Positions 48,051-61,358 of a stretch of DNA of 64,000 nt are shown piece by piece. Each line of letters opens with the position of its first letter. Position 1 is the stretch's first letter. The position numbers and the translations under genes were made by a program. This DNA is from Antechinus flavipes (Eukaryota). Location: positions 124,496,001-124,560,000 of the forward strand of contig NC_067399.1 of the NCBI RefSeq assembly GCF_016432865.1, read 5' to 3'. The notes below the pieces were generated by a model. That model ran no database searches. It was not told the DNA's origin and was given only the letters and a program-made list of their open reading frames with translations.

Positions 48051-48114
48051 CACAGAGAAAGAAGAAGATTTTTGAGATTAGGAAAGATCTGGACATAATA
48101 GACAATGAAGGGAA

Positions 48115-48275
48115 GAAGCTAGGAAGAGAGAGAAAGAAAGACAAAGATAGAGACAGAAAAAGAGACAGACAGAAAGACAAAGACAGAGATATTCAGAGAC
48201 AGAGACAGAGAGACAGAGGCAGAGACAGACAGAAAGGGAGATGGAGAGAGACAACAAGTCCCAGACAGGAGAAGA
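48115..48275 (+). repeat. GA-rich low-complexity tract
   Basis: GACAGA/GAGACA units directly visible. Confidence 0.9.
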
Positions 48276-48439
48276 GTGAATAGAATGAAGGGAACTCTTG
48301 AAGAGTTTAACTTTGGCATAAAAGTGGATTCTTTCACTATCCTACCTACTTCAGATTAGGAAGGATATTCCGTAAATGGAAGCTATTATTGTTACATGAA
48401 CAAGTTTTTTAGTTTCTTTTTCATCCTGATTGCTTTTCT

Positions 48440-48720
48440 ATAATCATCTACACATTTATCAGTGTATCTTAACTAGTGGGAACAAAAAGGAATATAATCC
48501 ACCAGACGTGGTCTGGCCAAGGCATACAGCAACAAGAATATCTTCCCTCCTCTTTTACTGTAGTCCAAGATCACATTATCATAAGCAATGGCTCATCAGA
48601 AATGATTTAATGATGCTCCTGCCGTTCCTTCCAGGCAACAAATTGCAAAAAATGAGTTCTTGTAAATCTATTAAGAAGGAAAATGTGCCTGATAATAGAT
48701 GCAGATCATTCAGGGTGACT
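48440..48720 (-). mobile_element. L3/CR1 ORF2 fragment
   Basis: Minus strand reads ..ctgtatgccttggccagaccacgtctgg.. (LYALARPRL), resembling the CR1 LYSALVRPHLEYCVQFW motif. Confidence 0.6.
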
Positions 48721-51104
48721 AACTAAACTTGGATGTATCATTAGAGTGCATATCCCTGTGACTACTGTGGGTAAATACTAAGAGGCATAATCATAATGCT
48801 TAAATTAGAGACCAGCAATTAGCACTGAAATGTGGGTGGAAAAGAATCACTCCTGAGCCATGTATGAAAAATCTAAAAATATTTTTGAAAATTACCTCTT
48901 CTCATCCTACCATATTCTGGCTTCAAAATCCAGCCTGAACTCTACATCTTCTTTGAAAACTTCTATGACTATTCCATTCCTCATTAATGTCTCTTTCCTC
49001 TAAACTCTGCTAAAACAAAAAATAATCTATGACACTTGTCTCAAACATAAATTTCCTATATCATATAAATTTATGCCATTTATTGGTTTGTCCTACTACT
49101 TATTAGGGCTTGGGAATAGGATTAAATAATGCCTTAACAGAGTTCAGAGCCACATAATAAGGCAGGGGAGAAGAATAGGAAGAATGCTATAAGAAAGCAG
49201 CACAAAACAGCTATCAGAATGAATTTGAGATACTTAGAAGCTACCTGGATAGAATGATGAGCCTGGAATTAGGAAGATTTAAATTCCAATCCAGACTCAG
49301 ATATTCACTCCCTAGCTGTGACTCACTTAGCTGAATTTAGCTGAGCTCTTAACCTCCAACTTCTTTTTCCTCAATTACAAATCAAGCATAATAATAGCAC
49401 TCATCTCCCAAGGATGTTGTAAAAATCTAATGAAATAATATCTGTTAGCACACAGAAGGTACTTAATAAGTGCTTCTTTCCTATAATACACAATCTTCTT
49501 ACATGATTCTGTACATGGGACAAGAGTTTGATTCAGGTGTAGATGATTATATAAAAAAAAAATTCTTCATTCTTATATTCTCAGACAGATTGTTGAGAGT
49601 CCTATACCAGTGTAAAATTAGCTTAACTGTAAAGAGACCAAATAACTCAATAAAGATGAACTAATATTAAACCTGACTATATAAAAGAATTAGGAAGGCA
49701 GATAGATGGCACAGTGGATAGAGCACTGGTCCTGAAGTCAGGATGACCTGCAAAAAAAAAGAATTGGGGGTTTTTCATTTATACTACATATTCAAGGTCC
49801 TCTTCATGCCCTCCAATATGGAGACTAAAGAGAAATTTGTTTTTTAAATATGCTATCCAAGATAGAATTTAACTAGGCATTTTTAGTACAGTTCCTCAAT
49901 ACCCATAGGAGCATGTCTGAACAGAAATGCCCAAATTTCTCTGAGCTTTGTTTTCCAGTAGCCCTCATTAATGGACATTTCTGGCATAGCCTCAGAGACT
50001 CTTCATCTTAAGATTGGCCAGCTGACCTTATCATTCAAGTTCTAGTTCAAGAGAAAATTGAAAAAGGGATGCAAAAAAGGAAAGAGATAAAAGTAGGGAA
50101 AAGATGTGTATTTTCTTGTTGTTGCCCATAAGAAGATTGAGAACTGATGAAATAAGTCATTGGAAGATCAGTGAGATTTCTTTTATTCCTGCTTATATCA
50201 GACCCAAGGTCTCAAAAGGACCACACAGTTCTTGAGATCACAGAATTATAGGTAAAATACTGTGGTATACAACTCTGAGGGAGAGAACAAGTGATGGGAG
50301 AGGGAGTCAAAATGGAGATACCCTATTCTTGTGCAAGAAGCACTGCTAGCCCAACCAATAAGATGCAGAGCTTTTAATGCTCATCTGTGGTCAGTCCTAC
50401 CATACCTATCATGTCCTCATAGAATGAAAATGGCTCTAATGTGGTCATTTTACCAGAGACCCAGGAGTCTTAACTTTATATTCTAATAGATTCTAATAGA
50501 TTCAGTTAAATGGAGATTCATAGCATTATTGGGGAGTAGTTTTAAACTCCAAATGAGTAGATGTTCAGGGTTACAATTTAGAAACTTAATATATTATTAC
50601 TACTATGTATTGTAAGAGTAGGGCATTCGTCAGCGTGCTCTCACACTTTAATCAAATTGCCTATCACCAGCTGGGACTATAGATTCCAACTTTAACATTC
50701 ATTGATTCTCTCTGACATACCTACTCTTTTTCACTAATTGGCACCAAAGCCAATTTCTCTACCTATACCTTGGACTGCATCTTCTTCAGGAGGCTTCTAC
50801 AACCATCCAACCTTTTGTAATCTTCTTTCTCTCCCTTACTTTCATTCACTTACATTCATTCACCACTTCTTGAAAATACAAACACATTTCTCCTATTCTT
50901 AAAAAAATATACCCTTAAGTTACCCTCCAATATATCTCTCCTCTATTAGCCAAGCTACTTAAAAAAAAAAAAAAAACTATCTACACTCATAGCCTCCACT
51001 TCCTCTCTTCCTACTAATTTCTCCACCATTTGAAATCTGATATTTGAACTCATTCAGCTGAAAATGCTCTCTTCAAAATAAGCAATTACCTCATTTAAAA
51101 CAAT

Positions 51105-52850
51105 TGTTTTTTTTACTTTTTATTACATTTTAAGTTACTCTTTCCTTCCCTCCCTTCCTCCCTCCCCTTTTCACACTAGAGAAAATCACAATTTGACACA
51201 GATATTATATATAAATAATACATATATATACACATACATATATTTATATGTATAAAATTATATTGTGCATATTTATATTTATCAGTTCTTTTCCTAGAAG
51301 TGAATAGTATCTTCTGTCATAGGTCCTTTGTAGTTGATTTAAATATTTATGATACTCAGAATAGCTTAGTTATTCCCAGCTATTCTTCAAACAATATTAC
51401 TGTTACTGTACATAATAATCTTTTGGTTCTGCCCATTTCACTCCTATTTCATGAAAGTTTTTTGCTAAAACCAACCTATTCATTTTTTACAGCATAATAT
51501 TATTCCATCACAATCCTATACTATAACTTGTTCAACCATCCTTCAATTGATGGGCATCCCCTCAATTTCTAGTTCTTTGCCATCACAAAGTGAAGTGCTA
51601 TAAATATTTTGGAAAGATATATTCTTTTTTCCCCTGATGACCCTGAGAAATAGATCTAATAGTGGCATTACTGGATCAAAGGGCATACATAGTTCTATAA
51701 TTTCAGATTGTTCTCCAAAATGGTTAGATCAGTTCACAATTCTACAGTGTATTAGTATCCTAATTTTTTCTCATCCTTTCCAGCATTCATCATTTTGCCT
51801 TTCTGTCATTTTAACCAATCTAATAGGTATGAAATTATATCTCAAATGTTTTAATTGGTATTTTTTCTAATCAATAATGATTTAGAGCTTTCCATATGAT
51901 TTTGCTTGTTCGTATCCTTTGACCATTTATCAACTGGAGAAACTTATGTTCTTAAAAATCTGACAAAGTTCTCTACATATTTAGGATATGAAACCTTTAT
52001 CTAAGAAATGGTCTATAAAACAAGTTTTCCCCCAAATTTCTGCTTTCCTTCCAATCTTAGTTATATTGGTTTTATTTATGCAAAACCTCTTTTTAATTTA
52101 ATGTAATCAAATTTTTCCATTTTGCATTCTACAATATTATTGTTTATTCATAAATTCCTCTCTCCATAAGTATGACAGATCATAATATGTTCTATTAATT
52201 TATTATATCTCCCTTTATATATATGTAATTTATCCATTTTAACTTGAACTTGGTAAATGGTATAAGATTTTAATCTATATCTAATTTTTGCCAGACAGTT
52301 TTCCAATTTTCACAATTTTTACCAAATTGCGAATTCTTATTTCCAAAAGATTAAATGCCTACATTTGTCAAACACAAAGGTTAGTATAATCATTTAGTAT
52401 TGCGTATTATATGTCTACTTTGAGATTCACCTTTCTATTTCCTAGCCAATACCAAATGTTTTGATGATTACTACCTTATAATATAATTTAAGATCTGGTA
52501 TTGCTAAACCTCCTTCCTTTACACATTATTCATCAATTCCTTTTATATTCTTGATCTTTTTTCCAAATGGAATTTAATTATTATTTTTTCTAGCTCAATA
52601 AAATATTTTTGGTAATTTAATTGGGATAATATCGACTAAGTAGATTTGTTGGTAGAAATGTAGTGGATTTTTTATATTGACTATGCCCAATTAATTAACA
52701 CTTCTCCAATTATTTAAATTTGGTTTTATTTACATAAAAAGTATTTCATAATTATGTTCATGTAGTTCTAAGTTTTGTCTTGACATGTGTATTCCCAGAT
52801 ATTTTATGTTGTCTATTTTAAATGGACTATATCTTATTATATCTTTTTGT
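51105..52850 (-). mobile_element. Older L1, ~1.7 kb of ORF2 3' region plus 3' UTR
   Basis: 'cttcaattgatgggcatcccctcaatttctagttctttgccatcacaaag..ctggatcaaagggcatacatag..ttctccaaaatggttagatcagttcaca..ttttgatgattactaccttataatataatttaagatctggta' reverse L1 ORF2 motifs. Confidence 0.85.
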
Positions 52851-53846
52851 AGGGAGGAGGGTTAATTGGGGGTGATATATATGTGATGATGATTTACAAT
52901 GACCTTTTAATTATCAAATCTGATGGCCTTTTCTCAATTCTCATTTCTCTAAACCTCCCTCCAGCATTTAGCAGAGTTGACCAACAGCTACTACCACAGT
53001 TCACACTACCATTACGTCTTATCTGGATTATTGAAATATCCCCTAATTGGTGTCCTTCTTCAAATCTTTCTCCACTCTAATCCATCTGTACATAGGCTAC
53101 CAAAGTGATTTTCCTAAAACTGATATCTGACCATGTCATTCTCTGCTCAGTAAACTCCACTGCCTCCTTACTACCTCTAAGATGAAGGTGCCCAAACTAA
53201 AAGATTTGTTTGATACTCAGCATTTCCTTTTGAAAATTACACCCTGTATATCCACTGCAATTCTTATAATGCAGTAAATGATAAATAAATATCTTCTAGA
53301 CTGAATTGAATTAAAAGGGGATAAAAGATGTATGTAGTCTATGTGTGTTCTCTACAGACCTATACAAACATACCTAAATGTGAAGTGATTGGATAATTGT
53401 AATCCTCTGAATCCTGAATATAAGTTACACTCAAATGGGGTACTAAGCAAGAATAAAGAATAGTCCAGATGCTGCTCCGTGGCTCTATTTACATGTAGAG
53501 CTCATTCCCCCTGTCACTTGAGGAATGAGAAATGGATATCCCTTGAAAGGAGTAATCTGCTAAAACCACAGGAATGGAATAGAAAATGGTTGTTAAATAA
53601 CTCAGAACTCTTTCTTAAGAGCAAGAAGGCATTCACCTGCTAGCCTATGAGATAACTTTTTAAAATCTTTTTTTTTATAGTAGTAAAGGATAGCCTTCCA
53701 TCTCAAGAAATATTGCTTAATATGCTATCATGAGATTTCTACTAGATACATTTGTAGAAATTGACCAATCCTGTGAGCAACAACTGTCCATAAAAATATT
53801 TGTCTCTAAAAGAATCTTTCATTTCATTTTTAAAAGTCATAGCATT

Positions 53847-54711
53847 GAATGTTGGAGGGGATATGAGAAAACAGGGACACTGATACATTGTTGGTAGAAT
53901 TGTGAATATATCCAGCCATTCTGGAGAGCGATTTGGAACTATGCTCAAAAAGTTATCAAACTGTGCATACCCTTTGATCCAGCAGTCTCACTATTGGGCC
54001 TGTATCCTAAAGAGATCTTAAAGAAGGGAAAGGGACTTGTATGTGCAAGAATGTTTGTGGCAATCCTTTTTGTGGTGGCCAGAAACTGGAAACTGAGTGG
54101 ATGTCCATCAATTGGAAAATGGCTGAATAAATTGTGGTATATGAATGTTATGGAATATTATTGTTCTGTAAGAAATGACCAGCAGGGTGATTTCAGAAAG
54201 GCCTGGAGAGACTTACATGAACTGATGCTGAGTGAGATGAGCAGGACCAGAAGATCATTATACATTTCAACAACAATACTGATGGACATGGCTCTCTTCA
54301 ACAATGAGATGAACCAAATTGACTCCAATAGAGCAGTAATGAATAGAACCAGCTACATCCAGCAAAAGAACTCTGGGAAATGAGTATGAACCACTATATA
54401 GCATTTCCAATCCCTCTGTTTTTGTCCACCTGAATTTATGATTTCTTTCATAGGTTAATTGTACTTTATTTCAAAGTCTGATTCTTCTTGTGCAGCAAAA
54501 TAACTATATGGACATATATACGTATATTGTATTTAACATATACTTTAACATATTTAACATGTATTGCTTATACATTAACATGCTATCTGCCATCTTGAGA
54601 AGGGGTGGGGGGGAAGGAGGGGAAAAATTGGAACAAAAGGTTTTGCAATTGTCAATGCTGAACAATTACCCATGCATATATCTTATAAATAAAAAGCTAT
54701 TTAAAAATCAA
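53847..54711 (+). mobile_element. 5'-truncated L1 with decayed 16-bp TSD
   Basis: ORF 53994-54383 is L1 ORF2 C-terminus; TSD taaaagtcatagcatt (53831-53846) / taaaagccataacatt (54712-54727), 14/16. Confidence 0.93.
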
Positions 54712-56939
54712 TAAAAGCCATAACATTTAGTGGAAACCTTAACGATAACTGCTTGTTAGCTAAGTTGAGAAGAAAAGGATTGTGGGCCAATGAGAAAGAA
54801 TGTGGATTTTTTCATTGTCTTTCTGTTATAAACTATAGTTAAGTTCTCTACAAAGCTTCATTAGGTCCCTGTAAAAACTGAAAAAGAGACTTGACAAGGT
54901 TCTAGAACAATACAAACCAAAATGAACAGATTATTTCCATACAATGCCAGGCACCAAATTAGCTTGAACTAATTCCAGGACGATTCCTTTTCAAAGGACC
55001 AGCTCATCTCCAGATCTCTGTATGTCAGGTCAGTTACCTAAAAAAAAATAAATTAAACTTCATTCATAGGACAGGAAACTGAGGAACAGAGATTGAATTG
55101 TACCTAATACAAGATGCATTTGATTGAAAAAAAGCAACTTTGGAATGAGGCCAAATGGCTCCTACTTCTGAGTAGGTACCCTTGAGCTGTCTGAGGAAGA
55201 CTGCTTCAGTCTTAAGAAGCACTTGCCTACTCTTGGCTAAGAAAGAGATTTGGGCTGAGGATCAAAGAAACCAGCACTTTAATCCAAGGACAGAAAAGTG
55301 TTTGACTCAGAAGTCATGGTCCCTATTTTGTGGCTTCTCTTTTCTTCTTATGCAAGATGAAAAGTTTCTTCTTTTACCTCCAATTAGGCTTATTTTATCA
55401 TGCCCACTTCACTGCCAACAAGTTGTACTTCTTGTTCCCTGTCTGGGAACAAGATTAATGCCCAAGATGGTCAAGACCAAGACTCAGCAGCTTTTGTGAG
55501 GTTTTGCTTGTCATACATGTCTCACTCCTCAGGCAGATATCTCTCAACTTTCATCCTCAGAGTCAAAAAGAAAAAGCCGAAATGTCCCTGACTTTAGATG
55601 ACAGGCTGGTCCATCATCTGAAGTGGGTACATGGGACTTGATGACACATGCTTTCTGTGAATGTCACACTTATGAGACACAAAGGGGTAGAACAACAGAA
55701 GGCTTGTATTTGGCTCTGGAAATGTTTTTTGTTTGGGGTTAAATAAGTGATTTCTTTAATGTTCTTTGAGGAAATCATGTCTATGTAATTTCTTTTCATT
55801 ATTTTAACACACACACACACATACACACACACACATACATACAGTTGGGAGAAGGGGGAAGTAAATATAAAATAAATGCAATACAAAAGACTGAACCTTG
55901 GAGAGACATTCCATGTGGGGATAAAAGGAAAAAAATATGAGTTAAAAAAGGAAAGGAAGTAGGGTTAGAACTATGTTGTGCCTCAGAAACCAAGGGAGAA
56001 AAGCCTTCTAAAGAGGAGCTGGTCAATAGCAATGTAGTAGATAGAATAAGGGATTGGCAGTCAAGAATATCCAAATTTAATCCTACATCTGTTGCTTACT
56101 AGCTTCATCAATGCAAATTGGTGAGCAATTTTTTGCCCAGAATCATTTCCAGTTTGTTCCCAGTATGTGTCCAATTTAGAAATTGAACCCAAGGTCTTCT
56201 TGGCTTTAAGGCTGATAATCAATTATCAAACTGTGTACTAGTCTGTTTTTAATATTATTACTATGATTATTATTGAGTAACTATTAATCAGGTCATTGAT
56301 GACCTTGGAAAAAGTGGTTTCAGTAAAGAATGGAAGAGACTGAAGAAAGATTGAAGGGACTGAGAAGAGAAAGAATAATGAAGATTCAAACAGATACAAA
56401 GTATTTTAGTTACTGCTTTGGGGTTAGGATCAGAAATTTCCTCTCTTACTTCCCCATTTGTCTCTGACACAGACAGACCTAGAAGCTATTTTTCCTAATG
56501 AACACGATGAATTGGGATCTCTAGAAGCCCAAAAAATCCTGGGGAAAGTTTTTAGTAGAAGCTTTTAAAAGGACCGGCAAGCTTTCTTTTAGCAGTTCTC
56601 TTTTGTCCTAAATGATTCTTCTAAAAGTCAAAACTCATGGTCTTCATAGAAAAATAGCTCCTGAAGGGTTTTCCTTTATGATAGATATTTTTTATCTAAG
56701 TCCTTCTCTAAGGAATCCTAGGGAAAAGCAAACTTTATATTGCTTTTTGAAAAACTGAAAATTTTCCATTTCCTTAGAAGAATGTATCATTATATTTATA
56801 GTCAGAAGAGAAATTAAATGTCATCTATCCCAACTCTCATTTTGAGGTAAAGAAACTAGGGTTTGGAAAGCTTAAGTCTAAGGTCATATTAATATTAAAT
56901 GGTGAGAGAGAATTATGGAAACTAAATATGGATCGCAAG

Positions 56940-57195
56940 ATAGTATTTTGATCTTTGTTGTTGTTGTTGTTTGTTTTTCTTTACCATTTTCCCCATTTGA
57001 TCTGAATTTTCTTACACAGTATGATAAATATGGAAATTTATTTAGAAGAATTGCACATTTAGCCTATATTGGATTATTTGTTGTCTAAGTGAGGGGGGAG
57101 GTTAAGAAGGAAAGGAGAAAAAATTGGAACACAAGGTTTTACAAGGGTGGATATTGAAAACTATCTTTTCATATATTTCAAAAAAAATAAAAAGT
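56940..57195 (+). mobile_element. Old L1 3' UTR fragment
   Basis: 'ccccatttgatctgaattttcttacacagtatgataaatatggaaat..agaagaattgcacatttagcctatattggatt..ggaaaggagaaaaaattggaacacaaggttttac' plus A-rich end. Confidence 0.75.
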
Positions 57196-58039
57196 AAATA
57201 GTAAAATTACATTATCAGACTCCAAACACAGCCTGTTTTTTCCCAGCACTACTTCTTAAGTCATCTAGGTCAAAGTTCCCAAATTATAGACAGAAAGGGA
57301 AGGAAATGAAAACAATAGCCAAAATTGTATTAGATTTTTTTTAGTATCCCATAATTCCCACATAAAGGCATTCACTTTTTCAAATAAAAAAAGGCAAAAT
57401 CAAAATCAACAAAATTAAAACGAATAGATAAAACTTCTTCCAACTTTTGGAGTGGCAGAAAAGGATTTTCCTGAAAGGGGAAAAAACCCTTCTCCTTTCC
57501 CCCAGGATCATTTAAGCAAAACATCCAGATTTGATTGATGTCTCTCATCTGGAAGTCCAAGCTTCATTCCTTCTATAAGTATAGATGACATAGGTGTACA
57601 GAAGACAGAGGCACCCAAATGGCAGGCATGGAGTGTTATAGCTTATGGCCAGAAATGCCCACCATTGTGATTTTTCTTTTGTCTTTGGAAGGCAACCTGG
57701 TTTTGTAGAAAGAATGCTGAATTGTAAATCAGAGAACCAATGCTCAAACCTTAGCTTTGCTATTTACTGCCTGAGTGACATTAGGAATCTCACTTAAGTT
57801 CTCTGGTTCTCAGTTTCTTCAACTATAACATAAAGGTTCAGAGTAAATGTGAATAGCTTCTGTTTTTTGGGGCGGAGCCAGAAACTCTAAGGGCCTTACC
57901 TTCTCGGATTAATTTTTTATGAGGTGGAAGAAACCATTCCTTACTTTCTCCTCCAGGGCCCAGGGGCTGGAGATATTAGATGTAGTAACAGATTGTGGAT
58001 TTTATAAGTTAAAGACTTTAACAGGTTTCATTTTAATTG

Positions 58040-58155
58040 AGGCAAAACTTAGTAAAGCTGACTTTGCACAGCCCTTCCTCACTTACATCCAATTCACTTA
58101 CAAATCATGACCTACCTGATGCTATGATCTTTTTCAAGAATGAAGGCCAAATAAC
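58040..58155 (+). mobile_element. RTE-related SINE 3' tail
   Basis: 'gctgactttgcacagcccttcctcacttacatccaattcacttacaaatcatgacc..tcaagaatgaaggccaaataaca'. Confidence 0.65.
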
Positions 58156-58890
58156 AGCCTATCAGCTAATGCTAATTAAATTCTTTACTTTCTAACCTTG
58201 CCTTTGAATTTTTTCACCTTCAGTCAAATAGAGGTGGCAGGAATTTAAGGCCTTTGGTTTGAAAAGTTCCCTCAACATAATTTGTTACACAAATTACCTG
58301 TGTAATGTGAAAAGTTATAGGGAGGTTTCATAATTTTAATATTTCAGAGAGATATTCCATTCTTCCCAGCTTAATGAAATAGGGTGTCAAGATAACATAA
58401 TTAGAACAAATTTGTGATGGTAGAAATGTGAAATGATGTAGATAAGCACCTTACTGAATAGTGAGGAAACAGTGCTATTTAGTAAAATTAGTGAATACTA
58501 AATAGACTCTCAAGGAACTATTGGCTGGGTGACTTGGGTGTGATAAAAATATATAAATATAATTCAGCTGTAATGCATGTTTTGAAAACAAGTTTATTTC
58601 CAATATGATCAATATATTAGGCAACACTTTGAACATAACTCTAATTTCAAGTTTGCTCATTCTATATTTTATACAGTAACTTGACACTATAGTAAAAAGT
58701 CCAGCCTTGAACTAAACATGGGATCTAGGACCCAGTGTCTAGGGCAGAAGGTGTCAGTGGAGTAAAAGGTTGGAGTATGTTGGTTCAGACCAGTCTTCCA
58801 ACCACAACTTTTACTAACATTAAATATGAATCATTACTTTGGAAAAGATCCAAAGTTTGCTTGTTGAAGTGGGTGATGAAAGGCTTAATT

Positions 58891-59095
58891 CAGTGGTCCT
58901 CAAAGTGTAGTGCAAAGAATTATTGGGGTCTCTGAAACCCTTTCAGAAGGTTTACAAATTCAAAATTATTTTTTTTATTTCTAATACAGTAAATAGCTAT
59001 AAATATAACCCGTGTGAACAAAAACTCTTTGAATAGATCCTCAATAGTTTTTTAATAACATGAAGATACTGAGAACAAAGGTTTGAGAACCACTG
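58891..59095. mobile_element. hAT-Charlie/MER5-type MITE (205 bp) with TSD
   Basis: TIRs CAGTGGTCCTCAAA / TTTGAGAACCACTG; 8-bp TSD gcttaatt / gtttaatt (7/8). Confidence 0.85.
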
Positions 59096-59234
59096 GTTTA
59101 ATTTATCAGTTGTAAAGTACTATATTTTCTATGTTTTTTTGTTATTTCTCAAAGAGGAAATAGCAAACAAGCCAACTTTAAATTCTAGTTTTGTCTAGTT
59201 TTATACATGTTAAATAGTTAAGAAATACATTTTT

Positions 59235-61204
59235 GTTGTTCAATCATGTCCAACTCTTCATCAACCTATGAAACATATTACTTTTATGCCGTCCTATTAT
59301 CTATTATCTTCCAAAGTCTGCCCAGGATCAAGTTCATTGTTTCCATGAGATATTCATCTCATCATCTGCCATTCCCTTTTTCTTTAGCCTTCAATATTTC
59401 CCAATATCAGAATCTTGTCCAGTGAGTCCCATCTTCCCTTTATGTGGTCAAATTATTTAAAATTCAGATTCAATATTTGACCTTCCCGTAAATCACCTGA
59501 ATTAATTTTTTTTTAATTTTGGCTAATTTGAAGTCCTTGATATCCAAGGGACCACAAAAGAATCACAATTCAAAAACATTAGTTCTGTGCCTCTCTGCTT
59601 TCTTTATAGTCTAATTCTCACAGTCAAATTGATATACAAAAAGTTAGACTTTGTCAGCAAGATCATGTCTCTCCTTTTTAGCATTCTGTCCATATTTGCC
59701 ATAGCTTTCATTCTAAGAAGCAAGCATCTTTTTATTTCATGGCTGCAGTTACCATTTACAATGATCTTTGAACCCAAGGATATAAAATTTAACATTGTTT
59801 CTATTTCTTCTCTCTCTTTTTCAGAAAGTGATGGGATCAGTTGATATGATCTTAGCATTGGGGTTTTTTAATGTTAAGCTTCAAGTAAGCTTTTTTCTCC
59901 TCTTTCATACTTATAAAGTGGCTTCTTAGTTCCTCATCACTTTCTGCCATCAGAATGAGTAATTGTTGAAATTTCACCCAGAAACCTTGATTCAAGTTTT
60001 TTGATTGGTCCAGCCTAGCATTTCACATGATATGTTCTGCATATAAGTTGTATTAAACTCTGAAAATAAATAATCAAAGAGTCAAAAGGTAATTATATCA
60101 TCAACTCTGAAAATACCAAAAAGCTCACAGAGGTTATACACCAATTGTTAACTCTGAAAAATAAAATAAAACCAAAGAGCTCACAGAGATTGTAGGCAAA
60201 CAGCCTTCTTTACTCCATTGAAGGAGGGAAACTACACTTGTATGCTAGGATCTCCTCTAGAAGGAGACCTAAAGCAGCAAGGATGAGCTTTGATATATAT
60301 ATAAAGGCAATGAGCTGAAACTACGGCAAAATGAGGGAGTGATAGCAACAGTTTGGCAAGTCTGATTGATATTAGGGTTCTATGACAAGAATATAGTTCC
60401 TACAGATGCTTGTTCAAGCTCAGGAACACCTGGAGCTGGTGTGAAATAATTCTGTGACTTTGCTCTAGCAGAGTTCATGCAAAAGGATGAGCAAAAAAGA
60501 TAGTTGTTATGTCAAATTCAAGGTACAACTTGTTTGCTGGGCCTTAGATCTGGAAAATAGGCTGTCTCCTACTAGTAAAAAGGGAGGAATTAAAAGAGAG
60601 AAGTGCTCTTAATATGGAAATCCCAACAATTAAATAAGTAAGGGGACAATATACAGTCCTTTCATACTCCTTTTCCAATCTCAAATTAGTTGTCCATGCT
60701 GGGGTCTAACTGTTGCTTTTGGGCCCACATTAGGTTCCTCAGGAGACAAAATAATCTAGTCCTACCATTTCTTTGAAGTTCTGCCACATTTTGTTGTGAT
60801 CCACATTGTCAAAGGTTTTCCTCTAATCAAGGAAGCAGTATATTTTTTCTTTGATTCCCTTGCTTTCTCCATAACCGTGAATGTTGACAGTTTTCTTTCT
60901 AGTTTCTCTCTTTGAAAACCAACCTGCTCTTCCAGTAATTCTTGGTTCACAAATTGCTGAAGCTTAAGCAAAATCATGGTGACATGTGAAATGAATACAA
61001 TCATTTGATAATTAAACATTTCTTGGTATTGTACTTCTTTAGGACTGGGACAAAAATTGATCTTTCCTAATCAGGTGACTACTGTTGAGTTTTCCAGATT
61101 TGCTGGCATATTGAATATAAAACTTTAACATCTTTTAGCGTTTAAATTAAATCAATTGAATTTCCTCACCTCCACTAGCCTTAGTGTTAACAATGTTTCC
61201 TAAG
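59235..61204 (-). mobile_element. BovB-type RTE LINE (RT and C-terminal region), interrupted by a solo LTR
   Basis: ORF 59604-59858 (EIETMLNFISLGSKIIVNGNCSHEIKRCLLL..MANMDRMLKRRDM) and ORF 60762-61019 (YQMIVFISHVTMILLKLQQFVNQELLEEQVGFQ) match recalled BovB ORF motifs DFIFLGSKITADGDCSHEIKRRLLLGRK and YRTIALISHASKVMLKIL..QQYVNRELP.VQAGF. Confidence 0.9.
60049..60628 (-). mobile_element. Solo LTR (580 bp) nested in the BovB-type RTE
   Basis: Minus strand TGTTGGGATTTCC..GAGTTTAATACA; removing it rejoins the RTE motif gcatataagt|taaataag..ggacaatatacag; TSD not clean. Confidence 0.75.
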
Positions 61205-61358
61205 AAATATGTTATGTATTTCAATAAATAGTGGAAATATACATGGCCTTGTATAAAATTGCATTACCATTTCTATTACTTACTATCTTTTTAAAATGTG
61301 TTCCTGTTGAAGTTTCAAAGTTTTGTTCTTTTATCCCCATTTTTCTGATAATCTCTCT

